Assembly (NCBI GenBank): GCA_001781685.1
Contig: MFLZ01000015.1
Location: 41,042 to 72,189 of the forward strand
DNA from: Candidatus Kaiserbacteria bacterium RIFCSPLOWO2_01_FULL_54_13
GTDB lineage: Bacteria > Patescibacteriota > Minisyncoccia > Phycocordibacterales > UBA2100
Length of the DNA stretch: 31,148 bases
Reading direction: 5' to 3'
Below are positions 30,508 through 31,148 of the stretch, piece by piece. The notes under the pieces were generated by a model. That model was not told the DNA's origin and made no database searches. It worked only from the letters and a program-made list of their open reading frames with translations. The translations under genes were made by a program, and so were the position numbers. Position 1 is the stretch's first letter, and every line of letters begins with the position of its first letter.

Positions 30508-31148
30508 ATGGCATCTCTCTACACAGAGCAAGGAAAAAACATCCGCAAGACGTGGTTTTTGATGACCGGGTTTTTGGTCATTGTTATCGCGCTAGGGTGG
30601 ATCGTATCGCAAGTGTATGACAACGCCGGCATTCTCTACATCGCGGTCGCGTTCTCACTTTTCATGAATGTCACTGCGTACTGGTTCTCGGACAAGATTG
30701 CTCTTGCCGCGACGGGTGCCAAGGAGGCGGACGAACGCGAGTACCGCGAATTGCATCGTTTGCTCGAGAATCTCGCAATCACCGCGGGGCTCCCGAAGCC
30801 GCGGCTATATGTCATCAACGATCCGCAGCCGAACGCGTTTGCGGCAGGGCGCAATCCCAAACACGCGGTCGTCACTGTCACGACGGGACTTCTCTCACGG
30901 CTTGAACGCTCCGAGCTCGAAGGAGTAATTGCGCACGAGCTTTCGCACATCGGGAATCGCGACATTCTTGTGATGACGGTCGCTGTTGTCTTGGCGGGAT
31001 TCATCGCCATTATCTCAGATATCTTTTTGCGCATGAGTTTCTTCGGGAGCGGCAACAGGGAACATCGCAATCCAGTTCTCATGATCGCGGGCATCGTTGC
31101 AATTGTGATCGCGCCTCTCGCGGCGCAGCTCATTCAGCTAGCAGTTTC
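30508..31148 (+). CDS. htpX: Zinc metalloprotease HtpX (M48), 3'-partial
   Basis: Hand translation from ATG 30508: MASLYTEQGKNIRKTWFLM..YWFSDK..LPKPRLYVINDPQPNAFAAGRNP..TTGLL..EGVIAHELSH (HExxH). Not in the ORF track because it runs off the window. Confidence 0.95.
   Translation, partial: MASLYTEQGKNIRKTWFLMTGFLVIVIALGWIVSQVYDNAGILYIAVAFSLFMNVTAYWFSDKIALAATGAKEADEREYRELHRLLENLAITAGLPKPRLYVINDPQPNAFAAGRNPKHAVVTVTTGLLSRLERSELEGVIAHELSHIGNRDILVMTVAVVLAGFIAIISDIFLRMSFFGSGNREHRNPVLMIAGIVAIVIAPLAAQLIQLAV

Noticed and set aside
1-31148. tRNA, rRNA, transposase, integrase or prophage genes; alternative genetic code
   Set aside because: None were recognised. TGA terminates conserved genes (livH, nth, groES, groEL) at the expected positions.

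Overview
Gene-dense bacterial window in the standard genetic code (TGA is used as a stop). Gene content and synteny (secG / family-5 SBP / rnj, Gmad2-like protein, TrmB-like regulator, lemA-htpX, leaders lacking Shine-Dalgarno sites) suggest a Patescibacteria/CPR (Parcubacteria-like) genome; this is inference. Order: partial small basic protein; degenerate cold-shock-like ORF flanked by structured RNA; HD hydrolase + dihydroorotate-dehydrogenase-like pair; branched-chain amino acid ABC transporter with two binding proteins and a TrmB-like regulator; glmS; SAM-I-riboswitch-controlled metK; yvcK; Gmad2-like protein; nth with a degenerate Fe-S motif; a tandem two-module D-Ala-D-Ala ligase resembling the plant type; HAD phosphatase; rnj; orphan SBP; secG; groES-groEL; a 1663-aa secreted protein with a lysozyme-like/lytic-transglycosylase motif set, two DUF3597-like modules and internal duplications; lemA; an AT-rich ORF with a CheD/CNF1-like Cys-His motif; partial htpX. 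Non-coding highlights: a Y-shaped inverted-repeat element in two copies, heptamer arrays just upstream of start codons, and many -10 boxes 6-7 nt from ATGs (leaderless mRNAs). No rRNA, tRNA, CRISPR array or transposase was seen. All family assignments are by eye from motifs; no database search was run.
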